Notes under the pieces: model-generated
Database searches by the model: none
Seen by the model: only the letters and a program-made list of their open reading frames with translations
Told to the model about the DNA's origin: nothing
Made by a program: the position numbers and the translations under genes
Assembly: GCA_010093605.1 (NCBI GenBank)
Contig: MU004200.1
Span: 682,001 to 746,000 of the forward strand
From: Lophium mytilinum
Taxonomy: Eukaryota
DNA length: 64,000 nucleotides
Direction: 5' to 3'
Shown: one piece after another, positions 13,027 to 25,654 of the stretch
How positions within the stretch are numbered: the first letter of the stretch is position 1
Layout of the letters: every line of letters starts with the position of its first letter

Positions 13027-14020
13027 TTTGACGGTGTGATAATCGCGAAAGGAGCGAGATGTTTCAGGACTACGAAACCGTAGGATTGATGGGCAAGCGT
13101 TCGAGTGGATAGAGAGAAGGAATAGAGATGAAGTCGAAATATAACCCAGCAGTTCGGCAGGATAAGAACTAAGCTTCTACCGAGTACCTAGCGCTCATGA
13201 AACTGATTTGTTTCTCAAAGGTGAAAAACACTTGCATCAACAAAGAATGAGTTCGGAAGTCGGTAGCACTGGTTGACATGTGGGGTAATCCGGGGTGCAG
13301 TAAGCTGACGGACAGTAAAACAAACGCGACGAATCGAACGAGGGGAGTCGGGATGCACCCAAGACCTCGGTACCACCCAAAAAGCCATGATTCAGATGAA
13401 CCAACTTGGTTCTTACTAGGCAATTGGATTGAGCCGAACTAGAAGTAGCTGTAAGAAGACATCTATACTAACATACCGAGTTTGAGGATGCTTGATAGCC
13501 GGGATCTTTTTCGTAGATTAAGCTAGGAGGGGTATGCTAGAGAAATAGCAACCAATTATTGGGCGATACTAATATGATCATACTGTTGATGTGCTTGACT
13601 ACTCGCAACTCGGACTGCGATAATACTACTCAAAAGGATATTTGGGTATGCGCTGGTACCTGGAACCCGACATCCTCGTGAACGCCCGCCGAATGGGGGT
13701 TCAACCAAACCAATTATCTTGTTCTTGAGACGTCAGAGGTGTGGATGAAGTGTAAATATGGCTTGATGCTTGCGTGCTAAAGCGTTGGAAACAATGGCAG
13801 CAGAAAGGTATCTTGGATCTGAAGGTTGATGGATGAGCATTTCACTTTGGCCGTGAAGGTGCTCGTCGATGCACGCTGAGGACATTAGCTTTTACATATA
13901 TCCCACTTTGGCTTAGTCCTACAATGTTCTTCAGCGTGACTTGGCTTGTCATCTACGGCGTTTTTCACATGCGGCGCCGTGGAGGTTATGTGTCATGGTA
14001 ATCGGTTCTCCACGAATGCT

Positions 14021-14803
14021 TCATCGTTGGCGGATGGCGACAGATATGAAGTTCAACCGTCTAGTCCTTGTTTCTGGAACTGCGATCGTGGCGGGCTCCG
14101 CTTTCTTTTCCGCAGCCTTCTTCTCTGGAGGTTTCTCTACTTCGGCAACCTCCTTGTTCCCTCCTTCATCCTTCTCCAGCTCCCCATCCAACATCTCGGT
14201 ATCAACCGTCTCCTCATTCTCAAGCTCACTACCATCATCCTCCTCTTCCACCTCCTTCTCCACCACCTCCGCTCTCTTCGCCCAAGCCCCCAAATACCCC
14301 CCCTTATGCTCTTTCGTAACATCATCCACTACCTCCACTGCCCCCGTCTCAATCTCCAACCCAAACCCTTGCTCTTGGAAATACAGCGCCACATGCAACG
14401 CCCTATCAATCGCCCGCCCCGTGGCCTTCAAAAATACCGCCTCCCTCTCCCTCTTCGCATTTCTGTTCTCCCTCGCATGCGCAATCGCGGCCTCCACCGT
14501 CTTCGCGTCTAGTGGTTTGCGCCCGCTGGATAGCGATTGAATTTCGCGTTTCTCGATCTGGAGCAATAGACCTCGGATTCGTTTCACGGTGGAGATAAAG
14601 GGAGTGTTGTGTTTCACGTATACGGTTTTGGGGGCATCGGCAGAGGCGAAGGGGGTTGGTATGGCGGGGTGCGGGATAGGGCGGGGCGTGGATTTGTAGC
14701 CAGTCGGGAGGCGGGGGCGTTTAGGAGGTTTAGAGGTAGCTGGAGCATCGGGCGATTTTCGTTTCAGAGCTTTATAGCCGGTGGGCGCGCTTGGAGGTGC
14801 CAT
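14021..14803 (-). CDS. POP7: RNase P/MRP subunit Pop7/Rpp20-like (Alba fold)
   Basis: Motifs VYVKHNTPFISTVKRIRGLL, VFLKATGRAIDRALHVALYF, ETGAVEVVDD and the C-terminal PETRTRRLNFISVAI. Confidence 0.8.
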   Translation of the reverse strand: MAPPSAPTGYKALKRKSPDAPATSKPPKRPRLPTGYKSTPRPIPHPAIPTPFASADAPKTVYVKHNTPFISTVKRIRGLLLQIEKREIQSLSSGRKPLDAKTVEAAIAHARENRNAKREREAVFLKATGRAIDRALHVALYFQEQGFGLEIETGAVEVVDDVTKEHKGGYLGAWAKRAEVVEKEVEEEDDGSELENEETVDTEMLDGELEKDEGGNKEVAEVEKPPEKKAAEKKAEPATIAVPETRTRRLNFISVAIRQR

Positions 14804-14982
14804 CGTGATGATTGTTGAGGGTTGAGAGCGAAGAATGCAGCTTCACAAGCTCGATATAAAAATCGCGCACGGGCCAGATATAGGGCTGACTTCACTCCAT
14901 CTCATCATCGCTCCGACACCTCTAATCCTCCAACACCAATTTATTGCACAATGCCTCCACACACCCGTCCCTTTTACCCACC

Positions 14983-15714
14983 ATGAAGCTCCACCACCTC
15001 CACCTCCACGGCCTCCCCTCTTACCCTTCCGTCTCCGTCCTCCAAGAATCCCTCGTCGCCCGCTTCCTCCTCTCCAAATCCACCCCCTCCCCACCACCGC
15101 CACCCACCCTCCTCACCTTCTCCCCCCCGCCGACCTACACCTGCGGCCGCCGCGAAATCGGCGCCCTCACCCCCTCCCAAATCGCCCACCTCCGCGCCAA
15201 CGGCCGCGCCGCCTTCCACGAAGCCCTCCGCGGCGGCCAGACCACCTACCACGGGCCCGGCCAACTCGTCGCGTACCCGATCCTCGACCTCAAGCCCCTG
15301 AAACTGAGCCCGCGGTGCTACATCCGCGCCCTCGAAACCGCGCTGCAATCCACGTGCGCTACATACGGCGTGAAGACGTTCACGACCGCGAACCCCGGGC
15401 TGTGGGTCAGCGAGGACGAGAAGATCGGGAGTGTGGGGGTGCATATGCGGCGGAATGTTACGAGTCATGGGGTTGCGTTGAATGTGGATACTGATTTGGC
15501 GTGGTTTGAGCGGATTGTCGCGTGTGGGCTGGAGGGGAAGCGGGCGGTGAGTTTGGAGACGGTGGGGGCGAGGGGGGTGGAGGTGGAGGGGGTCGGGGAG
15601 GTGTTTGCGAGGTGTTTGGCGGAAGGGCTGTTTGGGGATGCTAGGGGGGTGGTAAGAGTGGGGGTCGGAGAGGCGAGGGAGGTATTGGGGCTGGATGTTG
15701 GAGAGGTTGATTGA
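14983..15714 (+). CDS. LIP2: Lipoyl(octanoyl) transferase LipB
   Basis: PTYTCGRR, RGGQTTYHGPGQLVAYPILDL, KIGSVGVH, SHGVALN and catalytic IVACGL. Confidence 0.93.
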   Translation: MKLHHLHLHGLPSYPSVSVLQESLVARFLLSKSTPSPPPPPTLLTFSPPPTYTCGRREIGALTPSQIAHLRANGRAAFHEALRGGQTTYHGPGQLVAYPILDLKPLKLSPRCYIRALETALQSTCATYGVKTFTTANPGLWVSEDEKIGSVGVHMRRNVTSHGVALNVDTDLAWFERIVACGLEGKRAVSLETVGARGVEVEGVGEVFARCLAEGLFGDARGVVRVGVGEAREVLGLDVGEVD

Positions 15715-16995
15715 TTGCGCAGTCACGGCGGTGGCATCTTGATCGCACGCTCTGTGGAAAAGATTGTGGCGGGTTGGGGCTGACTATACGATATCCAATC
15801 GCGGGCACAGGCAGGCTTGACCCGGTGCAGCGACGGCTCCCCCAAAAGGTCGGATTAAGAAATTAAACCGCTAAAGCGAAGATGCTAGGCTTAAGAGGAC
15901 ACTAGTATGTAAATAGAGCTCCCTTGTAGGTATACATGTTATTAGAACCTCAAATCGAGACCGTAATATTACTTCAAAGAACACATGCGTGTACAAAGTG
16001 GGTCACTGCTTTCTCTTGACAGTCAAATATCACTCAAATCACTCACACCGCCACATCATCAAACATCTCGTAGTCCAAAAGTATGTATCATTGAAAAGGG
16101 AACCTAGACAATCCTCTCCACTCCGCATCCCACCCCCCATCATTCCTCACACTGCCCTCCCCTGACCCCATCCCACATAAACAACCATCTCACAAAAGAA
16201 AGGCGACCAAAAGAACGGCCAGATAGTACTCAGAATACAACTTGCCTCAAACTGCCTAACACCCTTCAGACAGAACACCCTTACTACGCCAAAGAATCCT
16301 TGGGACACTACAGTTGATTGACAGTCGAAGAAAACACTCTTAGAAGAAAAAAACAAGAGAAGACGTCAATTGCCCAATCCAAGGCGCACGCTCTCCAGAA
16401 CGCCCACAATTATCAGTTCCAGACCCTGACCATCCCCGCGTCTTCCGATCCGGCTGTACCAACATCGAGACACGTTCATGTTATCCGCCGCAGCCCCCCA
16501 AAGTGAATGATGGGGTTACAAATAAAGGGAAGAAGAGGAAGAAAAGAAAGAAAAGTGTGAGAGATTATATATAGTGAGAGTGTGAGGTGATGCGTTCCAA
16601 GTTTGGTGACATGTGCTTTTCCCCAAAACACATCCAACCCAACTTTTCCGTCTGCTGCTGCTGGCTGTTCAGCGGACGGTGTCATAGTGTATCCATTCAT
16701 TCCAGTAGTCCCAAACGCCGATCTCCGAGTCAAATGCCCGAACTTCCCATGTCGTCGAAGATGGGAATAGGCGACGCATTCAGTGTTCTGTTGTCCAAAA
16801 GCAATTACTCGGAGCCGTCAACGCGTAGCCAATCATCTACCACCCACGCTGCGGTAGTGCGGAGAAGACGTGACGCCCTCCTGTCACATGCCCCCGCCAT
16901 GGCGTCTTTCTCTCCTCCCTTTCCCCTTCTTTCATCCCCAACTTCCATCCGTGGCGACAGTGCGCAAGACATCAGTGCTGATATCCTGTCCATTT

Positions 16996-19301
16996 TCACC
17001 GCTCCACCTTCGGGTAGAAGTTGTTCAGGTACGACATCACTCCGAAGCCCAAGACAACCACGAGGATGCTCGTAGCGGAGGCTCCCTGGAGAGAGGTGAT
17101 ACCGTGAGCATTCGACCACTGTGCTAATGCTTGGGAGTTGGCCTTCTGCACTGCCGTAGCCTGCTCCGGGCTGACAGCTCTGCCGTTCTGAATGCCGACT
17201 CGTCGTAATAACGCGTCGGCGTCGTCGACATCCATGCTGTTGTCGTTGACAATCGGGATCTCGCCTTCATCCTCGGAACCATCGACACCCACGGGGATGT
17301 GGCCCTCTGAAAGCTCACTTTGGCTGCGCTTGTGCTGCTTGGCGGCTTCTCGTCGTGCTCGGTTGGCATCGTCGTGCCTGATCTTCTCAACCATTTCGGA
17401 CAGTGTCTTCCGGTGCGTTTCGCTTTCTGCTTCCGCAGTCTCGGCCCTCTGGCGGTACTGCTCCATCTTGCTCTTCATTTCGTCCATTTCGGCGACCATC
17501 AGCTCCAGTCGTTGCTGTAGTCGGGAAGTCGTTGAATCCGTTGACGACGACTCCTTTTCCACCTGTCCGTCTCTGTCTAACACGGGCTCAGACTCTTCCG
17601 GGTCGGGTACAACCCCATTCATCTCGGGTACGGTGGTAGTATCCTCGAAAGTGTCGTCCTTGCGCTCCAGCTCTAGCCGCTGAGCTCGCTCTTCCGCGCT
17701 CTCTCGTGCGAGCCGCTCTTGAGCAAGCAGCGTCTCTAGATCCTTCAATCGCAGGCCCTGAGATTCGATCTCCTTCTTTGCTGTCGTCAAAGCTTCGGCG
17801 AGAGACGATATCTGGTGGTGTGAATCTGTTCGGATGGGAGAGCCACTGCTTTTCGGTCTTTCGGTGTCAATTCTTCGCAGGATTGGCTGATGTGGAGGGC
17901 CATCCGGCTTTTCAGGAAGAGGTTGTTGAGGTGGAGGGGCTGGTGGATCGGAGAATCGTGCTTTAATGTCTCCCTTTATAGGTGATATCTTTACGTGCGA
18001 AGTGGGAGAGGTCTTCGCAGACTCTTTCTTCGGTTCCGTTGTCAATACGTTATCAATGTACTGGTTTGTCCGTTGGAGGTCCTGATTCTGGATTTTGGCT
18101 TGCTTCATCTCAGTCTAGATAGATTGCGTTAGTATCGAACAGCTATTGGGTAGCAATTACTTACGTTCAGCTTCTTGACAATCTGCTCCAGCGAGATAGG
18201 CTGCAGCCAGAAGTTCATGTGTCTTTGTTGGCCTGGTTGGCCTATGTTGTTTGGGATGGCACTTGAAGGTGTTTGAACGCGGTTGCCATTCATCTGGCCT
18301 TGTCCACCAGGTCGTCCTCTCATATTGCCCATCCCTTGTGGCCCACCAGGACTTATAATATTGGCCATCATCGGCGAGTCGAGCTCCCCAAAGTTGAGGT
18401 CCAGCATGTTGTTGCCGGTGTTGGTGTAGATGCCGGCATGCTCGACCCGAGCGGCAACTTTATGATGGACAATCGTCTTCTGGTCCTCGCTAACGATATC
18501 GATACCCAATTCCAGCATGTCTTGTTCCCGCAGCTCATGAGGGTCCGAGTCCCTGTTCTCTTGAGACAGCCGCTGGCCGTTGACGAAAGTGCCGTTGGAC
18601 GACTTGACGTCACGAATCCAAATCTTGCCATTTCGGTCTGCCCATATTTCCGCGTGTTGTCGGGAGAGCACTTTACTGTCAAAGTACCCGTTGAGCGGCG
18701 TCGGGATTGTTTTGTTATTCGTTTGGCGGCCAATGCGTAATACGTCCGGGAAAAACGGCACCGTGATTGTTTTCCGTTCGAACGTGCCGTTCATGGGAAT
18801 GAGGTGAAGTATGGCTGGGCTCTCGGACTGGCCTTGCGCCCGTGGCGCGCCGTTCTGTTGCGTTTGCGACTGGCCATTATGCTGCTGCGAGGGAACCATT
18901 GGGGCTGGCGAATGGAGGGCGGAGATGGCTGAGGCGGCTGATGTCGACGACGCGGATGCTATCGACTGGGGCCGTGCGGTGGATAGGCCTGATATAGGTT
19001 CTGCCTTTGACGTTGGCCACAAGCCTCGCTGCGGCTTCTTCCTCGTGCCCCAGTTGGCGTCAACCGCGGGGGAGGAAGGCACGCCGTTGGACTGTGTGGA
19101 CGCGGTTGATATCGTCGAATTGGAAGATGCGTTGGATGCGAGGGAGGTGGACGAGGCCGGGCGCTGGATGCTTTTCCGGGGCATGTACATCCTGAACTCG
19201 TCTCCGTTGACCGAGCTCAGGCCGTTGGCAGCGCCGTTAGGAGCGCTCCATCCTGTCCGAGAGATGGGCTGGAAGTTGGGAGGAGGGGCGACTGCCGTCA
19301 T
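16996..19301 (-). CDS. VPS64: FHA + coiled-coil + C-terminal TM protein (Vps64/Far9/HAM-4/SLMAP, STRIPAK component)
   Basis: FHA motifs IGRQTN, DSKVLSRQHA and DVKSSNGTFVNG. One intron at ~18164-18116, then coiled coils and a tail anchor (ILVVVLGFGVMSYL). Confidence 0.9.
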
Positions 19302-21135
19302 CTGCGACAAGGCCAGCCCACGACTGCCGTCTGCTACGAGGTTCGTTTTTTCGCCGTCGTCTTGGTCACCCCCGTGTTCACTTAGCGCCGGCAGCGTGAT
19401 ACACTCGCGAGCGGCCCCAACAAGCAGACAACAACAGAGGCAGAGAGCCGGCCGGTCGTGTGCTCATGCGCAGGGCGGGCGGTCGACGACGAGAATGGCG
19501 CAGGTCGGCCTTGAGGTGCGGCTCGCGATCCGAGTGAGGTTCTGTCGTGTGCTGGTCCGTGTCAGCCAGGTGCGACGTCAGCGCAGCGAGGATGCAAGGC
19601 CGGAAAGCAGCAGCAGCGGCGGCGGATGAGGGAGAAGAAGTCGCAGCGTAGGAGGCGGAGGGGCGTGTGGAGGGTAGTGAGGCGTGTGGTGCGGGCGAGG
19701 AGGAGGTGCGTAAGGAGAGGTATGCGGAGCGAGGACAACGGCAGCGGATCCACTGCACGCTCGCTTCTGAGTGGTGGGCCTGGCCTGGGTTGGTGAAGGG
19801 GAGTGCAGCAGCGTGACGGCGGGCAGCAAGCAGCGGCCACGGGGGGAGTAGAAATGGGGCTGCTGGCGATGGGATGCGATGTTCGGGATGGAAGCATGCG
19901 ACTTTCGATGTGAGGGTGCATTCCGGGGCCCTGGGAAAGAATATATCACGTGACAGAGACGGAATGCTCCGTGTTCTCCTCTGCCAGTGTGGAGAAACGA
20001 AAGGACCACCGCCTGACAGTGGGAGCAATTGCAGTGATTACGACCCACCTCAATTTTCAGTCAATTTTCCTCAGAGAAGACGTCACGATGCCTGTGCCAG
20101 TAGGACACGGTATGAGCGGCCCGTCGACCTTCGACAAACGTACGCCTTCATCCGCCATGTCGCACTTCAAAAGCTGACCCGAGCGCAGTCAAGATGGGAG
20201 CCATGATGGGCGGCTGTACGACCCCGAACCTCCTTTCTCCTTCCACTTGCTTACCTCCCGTACAGCCGTGGGACTGATCATCGGCTTCATATTTGGTGCG
20301 CTACCCGGGTCTGTTAATTCAGAAGGAATCTGACGGCCCACAGGAGCTACAAACATCATAAGATTCGGCCCAGGGCCAAACGGGATGCTTCGAACACTTG
20401 GGCAATATATGGTGGGGTCTGCAGCTACATTTGGGTAGGTTTGGGGACTATTTGAGAGGATTCTCAGTTGGTAACAATTATAGCTTCTTCATGGGCATCG
20501 GCACGACTATACGGACGGACTCCCCTATTGCAAAGGAGGCAATGGCTGGATATCACAGGAGGCCGATGATGATGCCGCGACAGTACGTCCGGAGATCAAA
20601 CCCGTAGAGCAACTAGGCGCAACAGTGCAAAGCGGGGACAATGTGTATCACGGGCAAAATGTACAACAGCTGGAGCATTATGGGAGGGGCGGGTGTATAT
20701 ATACCAGTGTAGGAGTCAAGCCAACGCTACGGCAAAACTACCAGACCTCACTATCACAGGGCGCAAATAATGACCGCCTTCAGGAATTGCATGTTCTCAA
20801 ATGGAGCGTTGTTTTTTTTTTGCCAGACCACAGCACTTGAACGATGTTCGCACAGGATTACTATTATATTATTCCAGAATCCAATCCCGGATTCCGCCAC
20901 CATACAGAAATAAGCGATGAAATTGAAATAGGAGAATGCAAGCAAATCAGTAGAATACAGTAGTGTTACCCGAGGACCCCTTTTTTCTGACGGGAGCAAG
21001 CACGCAGTATGAGAGTGAAGGAGACCAAAAGCGTTTCCAGCACGCCCTTCTTCCCATATTATCAAAACACTCGCCATGACCCTCACAGGCCATTTATGCG
21101 TCGAACACGTAGAAATGCGTGCCAAAACTCCGTGC

Positions 21136-23078
21136 CTAAAAGACATACTGCATAATAGATTAGTGACTTGTCCCTCGTCTACAGAGTAATGGAAAAGACT
21201 CACCGGAATGAAAATGTACGGCACCCTTCTCCTGTACTCGTCCCACGCCTCCCCATACCTCTCTTGGCACTTCTCCAGATCTCTCCACGCCCGATGCGAG
21301 ATCATGAAGAAGAAGAATGTTGGATAGAACCAAGGGAACGGGCTCTTGAATCCGCAAATTAAACCCCAGCTGACTGCAAAGAAGAGATCGCACGTGTAGT
21401 GGACCTTCCTGGCTTTACCGTACCAACCGTCGCAGAACAGCGAGTTGCCGAATTTCGTAGGGATCGTCACCGGGTTTGCGATGCGGCCATACCGGAAGTA
21501 GGGGAAGGTCTTGCGCTCAAACACGTAGCCGGCCTCTTCCTGGCGGAATACGTTCTTCTGGCTGTTACAGGTGTCCCATACGTAGTAGACGCCGAGGTAA
21601 AGCACAGCGTATGCGGCGATAGCCCAGGTCGGCCAGTGGTATTCCGAAGGAGGGTGGTTGGCGAGGTAGAGCGTGCAGTGACAGTAAGAGAGGGGAACGC
21701 CAGCGAGGTTCCAGAAGATTAGCATGAAGCCCCATTTCTCATAGTACATATCCCTAGAAGCCGTCAGTGATGTCAAAGGGATAGCAGAGGTAAAATGAAC
21801 TTACCAAGTGGGCACAATCAAGTGCTCGGCCTTCGCGCAAGCGTTTGCGTACAAGAAATGGGCTAGAAGGAGGAGGCAAACCTCGCCAGAAACGAAACCG
21901 TAGTTCTCAACCTGTCGCATGGCAGTGCCGAGCGTAAGCAGGAAGAGAATGTACCACGGAATGCGGACCTCGAAGAACATCTTGAAGTCTAGGATCTCAA
22001 ACATGCGGGGGTTAAGCTCGGCACCCATAAAGAAGTCGTAGATGGGATAGCCGGTCATACGATGGGTTGCGCCTCTGATAATGGCAGAGAAGTACGCGAC
22101 AATAGACATTCCAAATCCAGAAAGTATAGCCACAGAAAGAATAGGGCCAAACTCGTCGATCAGAGTGTACAGCTTGAAGAGTCCACTATAATGGAGAGCG
22201 AGAGCGATCGCAATGGTGGAGTACCAGGACCACATGCCGGAGCAATAGTAGTCCAGCTGCTTGCCCCCCAAATGCGGCAGTGGTTTCCCCTTGACCCAGA
22301 TGCCTGGCATAACGAGGTAAAAGATTGCTTCCGTGATGAAGTAGACCCAGTAGATCGCCCATGCCTTGGCGTGGGGAAACGCTCCTGTCTTAACGAGGTA
22401 ACCCATGTGGTATAGGAAATCCGTGATGCTCTCGTCGCCAACCGGCATTGGGAACTTCCCATCATAGTATGTCGCCCCGACCCACATGTAGTACATGAGA
22501 GACGGGAACCCTATCATGGCAGCTCCAGTGCCCCATGAACCGCCAAACTCAAACCGGCCAGACGTATCGATCTTAGGATCCTCGAGGAGTGTCTCCATGG
22601 ACTTAACATGGCCGTTCAGTTTGCCGTTGCCATTAGCATGTCCATTCCCGTTGCCGTTGGCAAGCACATTCCCGTTGCCATTGGCGTACCCGTTCGCATA
22701 TCCATTCGTATGCCCGTTCGTGTGTCCGTTCGCATGTCCAATCGAATGACCATTGGCATACCCATTCGCAAATCCGTTGCCGTTGCTCAGAACCTTGTTG
22801 AGACCCTCCTTTTCAAACTCTAATTTGGCCAATGGCTCGCCCATGCGTACAGAGGACAGCTGCGGACTCGTGTCCTCGGAGTCGTAGGGGTTTGAGGGCA
22901 TCATCGACTTGCGCGACGACTTCCTGCGTCCTGGTGTTTCGACAAAGCCAGGGTTGGAAGGCTTGCTGTGCCGCCGCATATTAGCAATTGACCTACAGTT
23001 GTAACAGCCTCACGAGGCATCAGATACTACTCACCTGGGCGTCTTGCCCGTCCTCGAACGCGTCACTCGTTCACTCAT
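21136..23078 (-). CDS. ERG4: Delta24(24(1))-sterol reductase
   Basis: [36 protein letters not shown]...[19 protein letters not shown] and terminal YIFIP|YVF*. Three introns. Confidence 0.95.
22610..22790 (-). repeat. Coding minisatellite (NGxA/NGHT tetrapeptide repeats) in the ERG4 N-terminus
   Basis: [40 protein letters not shown]; degenerate 12-bp units. Confidence 0.85.
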
Positions 23079-23736
23079 GGTTGCTTGCGCCTCAAAAAGT
23101 CACGCTCAGGGGGGAAATAGGAAAAGTCTCTGCGAGATGACGATCTATAGGTTCAAAAGGGAAAACGAAGGTGTCAGAAGCGTCGCCTGGTGAGCATCTG
23201 GCCTCTGAAGATTTGACTGGCGAAGGGAAACGACCGTGGGGTATGGAGGCAAGAGTGTTTTGCTGTGTTTTGACGCCAAGGCCTCGAACAATTTAGAGTC
23301 GCTTTCGCTTTCGCCTTCCACCCCTGCTTGACTCGATCGCTAGCGTGCGCCTCATCTCCGCTCACTGATCCACCTCCTTCTCATTGGGGCCGGCTTAAAG
23401 TGCCTGGATTTGCCTCCTTTTATCAACACACCAGCGTGCTTTTCCTTCACATCCTATCACTATTCAAATTTCTCCGGTACTATAATATCCTAAATATTCA
23501 TTCCGCGGAAGTCACGTGCCTCACGTAGATTCATTGACGCGCTTAGAAGACTATATCGAACGTAGACTCGCAGTATTTCTAAGGTGGCCCAGAATGATGT
23601 TTGATCAGAGGAACTCGGAGGGTGCTTGAAAAACTTGTATACACAACTCTGTAAAGGTGAATGTATATCTGTGATGTGGAAGGTATGTTTACATGGTCCC
23701 AAAGCCCCACGGTGGCATATGGCAGGGCACGTTCTA

Positions 23737-25483
23737 TCACTGTGGCCGAACACTAATCTCTCTTGATGCTCCGCGGAATGACCCGTCCCAACGTTTGAAT
23801 CTTACCTTTGTAGGCAGCGTAATTTCTTCGCCTACCGCAATATCTTGCGTCGCCTTCACAAGAACCGTGTTCTCTGTGATCTCAATCTCTACGTTAGGCT
23901 GATCTGATAGAATTGCATGTCTTGCCCGATGCCAGATTCCGAAAGGCTGACCCAGTACGTCTTGGAATGCATGATCCTTGACAATTCCATGGATACGGAA
24001 GCTGTACGATAACGTTAGCTACGATCAGAGATGCTATATTATGCTTCTTTGTCAAAAGGTCGCAAGGCTTGAAAAACTTACGAGTTCAAGACGTGCATCC
24101 CATCTGCCGACGAACGCATGTAGTTGTCATCATCTATCTTTAACAATGCGTCTGCCAGAAAGCTACTCCGTCGAGCGTGCTGAATAGCATCCACAAAAAG
24201 CGGCGGGTGTAAGACTGTATATTGCCAATTTTCTACCAAGTCGACAATGCAGAATTTTCGACCTGGATGCGAACCCTGATGCTTTGGCCTCACTAGAAAC
24301 AGTGCCTCTTCAGAAACAATGGTCTGACCGCGTCGGCCGATTTCTGCCATGAACATGCCTCTTGGACGTTTTTGAATTGCGGTTATTCTGACCCTCTGCG
24401 TGAATGCATGTCTGAGCGGTACGAAGTCGTCGCGATTCTCCATGCCCAAACGCGAGTTTGCGCGTTTACGGAGCGACTCCACTCTCACGTCCCGTTGGTC
24501 TACAGCTTCGAGTTCGAGAATGTCGAGACAAAGCTGGTGATTGCGGATGCCATTGTGCGCAGTTGCTCTGAGGATAGCTGCTAGATGATCTCTCTGTTTC
24601 AATCTCAGAGCGTCGGCGAACATGTCGTCAAATCTTCCGAGCTCTCTGTACGTCATCGCCCGTTTTCGTAGTAGTCTCTCCTTCACATCTGCTGTCAGGG
24701 AGTTCATGTCCATATCCAAACAGTTGCTGTAACATCGAGCTGCGGCAACATAAGCCCGAGCCTTGAATTGGTCATCGCCCGCTATCTCCCATTGCTCCGC
24801 CGAGGTTTTTTTGCAAGTTCGATCTTTTTCCTCTTCGACGTAGAAGCTCGCAATCAAGGGGTGCGTTACTGGCAAAACGTGTATATCCGACACATGATCG
24901 ACCCGGATGTTGCACAGCCCACCCATCTTGCACAACTCAAGATAGGGCTGCTTGATTGCTACTACTAGGCCCTCGTTGAACAGCTGGCACATCTCTTCCG
25001 GGTCCGTGTGCCAGTTATGCACCGCTACGATCGCCATCTTCTTTTCGAGGTCTTCTACGAGCCAGAGCATACCGTTGTGGGCAGATACGATGGGGTCGCC
25101 ACACAGACGGACGACGAGGACGCGGTCGAGGTGGTGGTTTTCGATCCTCAGGTCATGAACGAGCATTGGTTCCAGGTCGGCGGTAGACTTTGAGCACGGT
25201 GGGTAGCGGGCTGTTATGAAGTAGTACTGAGTGATTTCCTAGGGTTGGGATATGTCATCAGACATGGTAGCTTCGATAGTGTGTGGTTAGAGGGGCTTGC
25301 ATCTTTAGCCAGTCTTTTCTCTTCGGCTTTGGCTTTTTTGAAGTATTCTAGGATCTGAGTTTTGAAGGCACTGTCTTTCATGCGGAACGGCTTTCCTTTC
25401 AAGATGAGTCCGCGCTTGTAGACTTTGTCCCGTAATGAAACTTTGTTCTCATGTTGATTTTGTAGGCCTTGGGTGCGTTGCAT
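23737..25483 (-). CDS. Fungal TPR + SET-like domain protein, 3 exons; SET motifs degenerate
   Basis: YPPC...DLRIENHH, IKQPY...RVDHVSDI, TPR segment (GDDQFKARAYVAAARCYS). The last exon reads GIWHRARHAILSDQPN...KATQDIAVGEEITLP. Confidence 0.72.
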
Positions 25484-25654
25484 CTTGGTCCAAAGGTACT
25501 GGTATGAATGCAGAAGAGAGAAAAGGAAGGTTGGTCTTTATGAGCTAATCAGGTAGTGCCAAACTTTGGTTCTGCTAGCACTTAGGAGCAAACGAGAAGG
25601 AGATGGAAGTACTTCAAAACGCCTCCTGCGATCTTCTAGCTTCCTAAATCGTCT

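Noticed and set aside
18811..20206. Overlapping 100-270 aa ORFs upstream of or antisense to VPS64
   Set aside because: GC-rich leader or antisense shadows with low-complexity translations.
20754..21135. C-terminal extension of the ERG4 ORF in the track
   Set aside because: Read-through of an intron; the spliced end YIFIP|YVF* stops at 21136.
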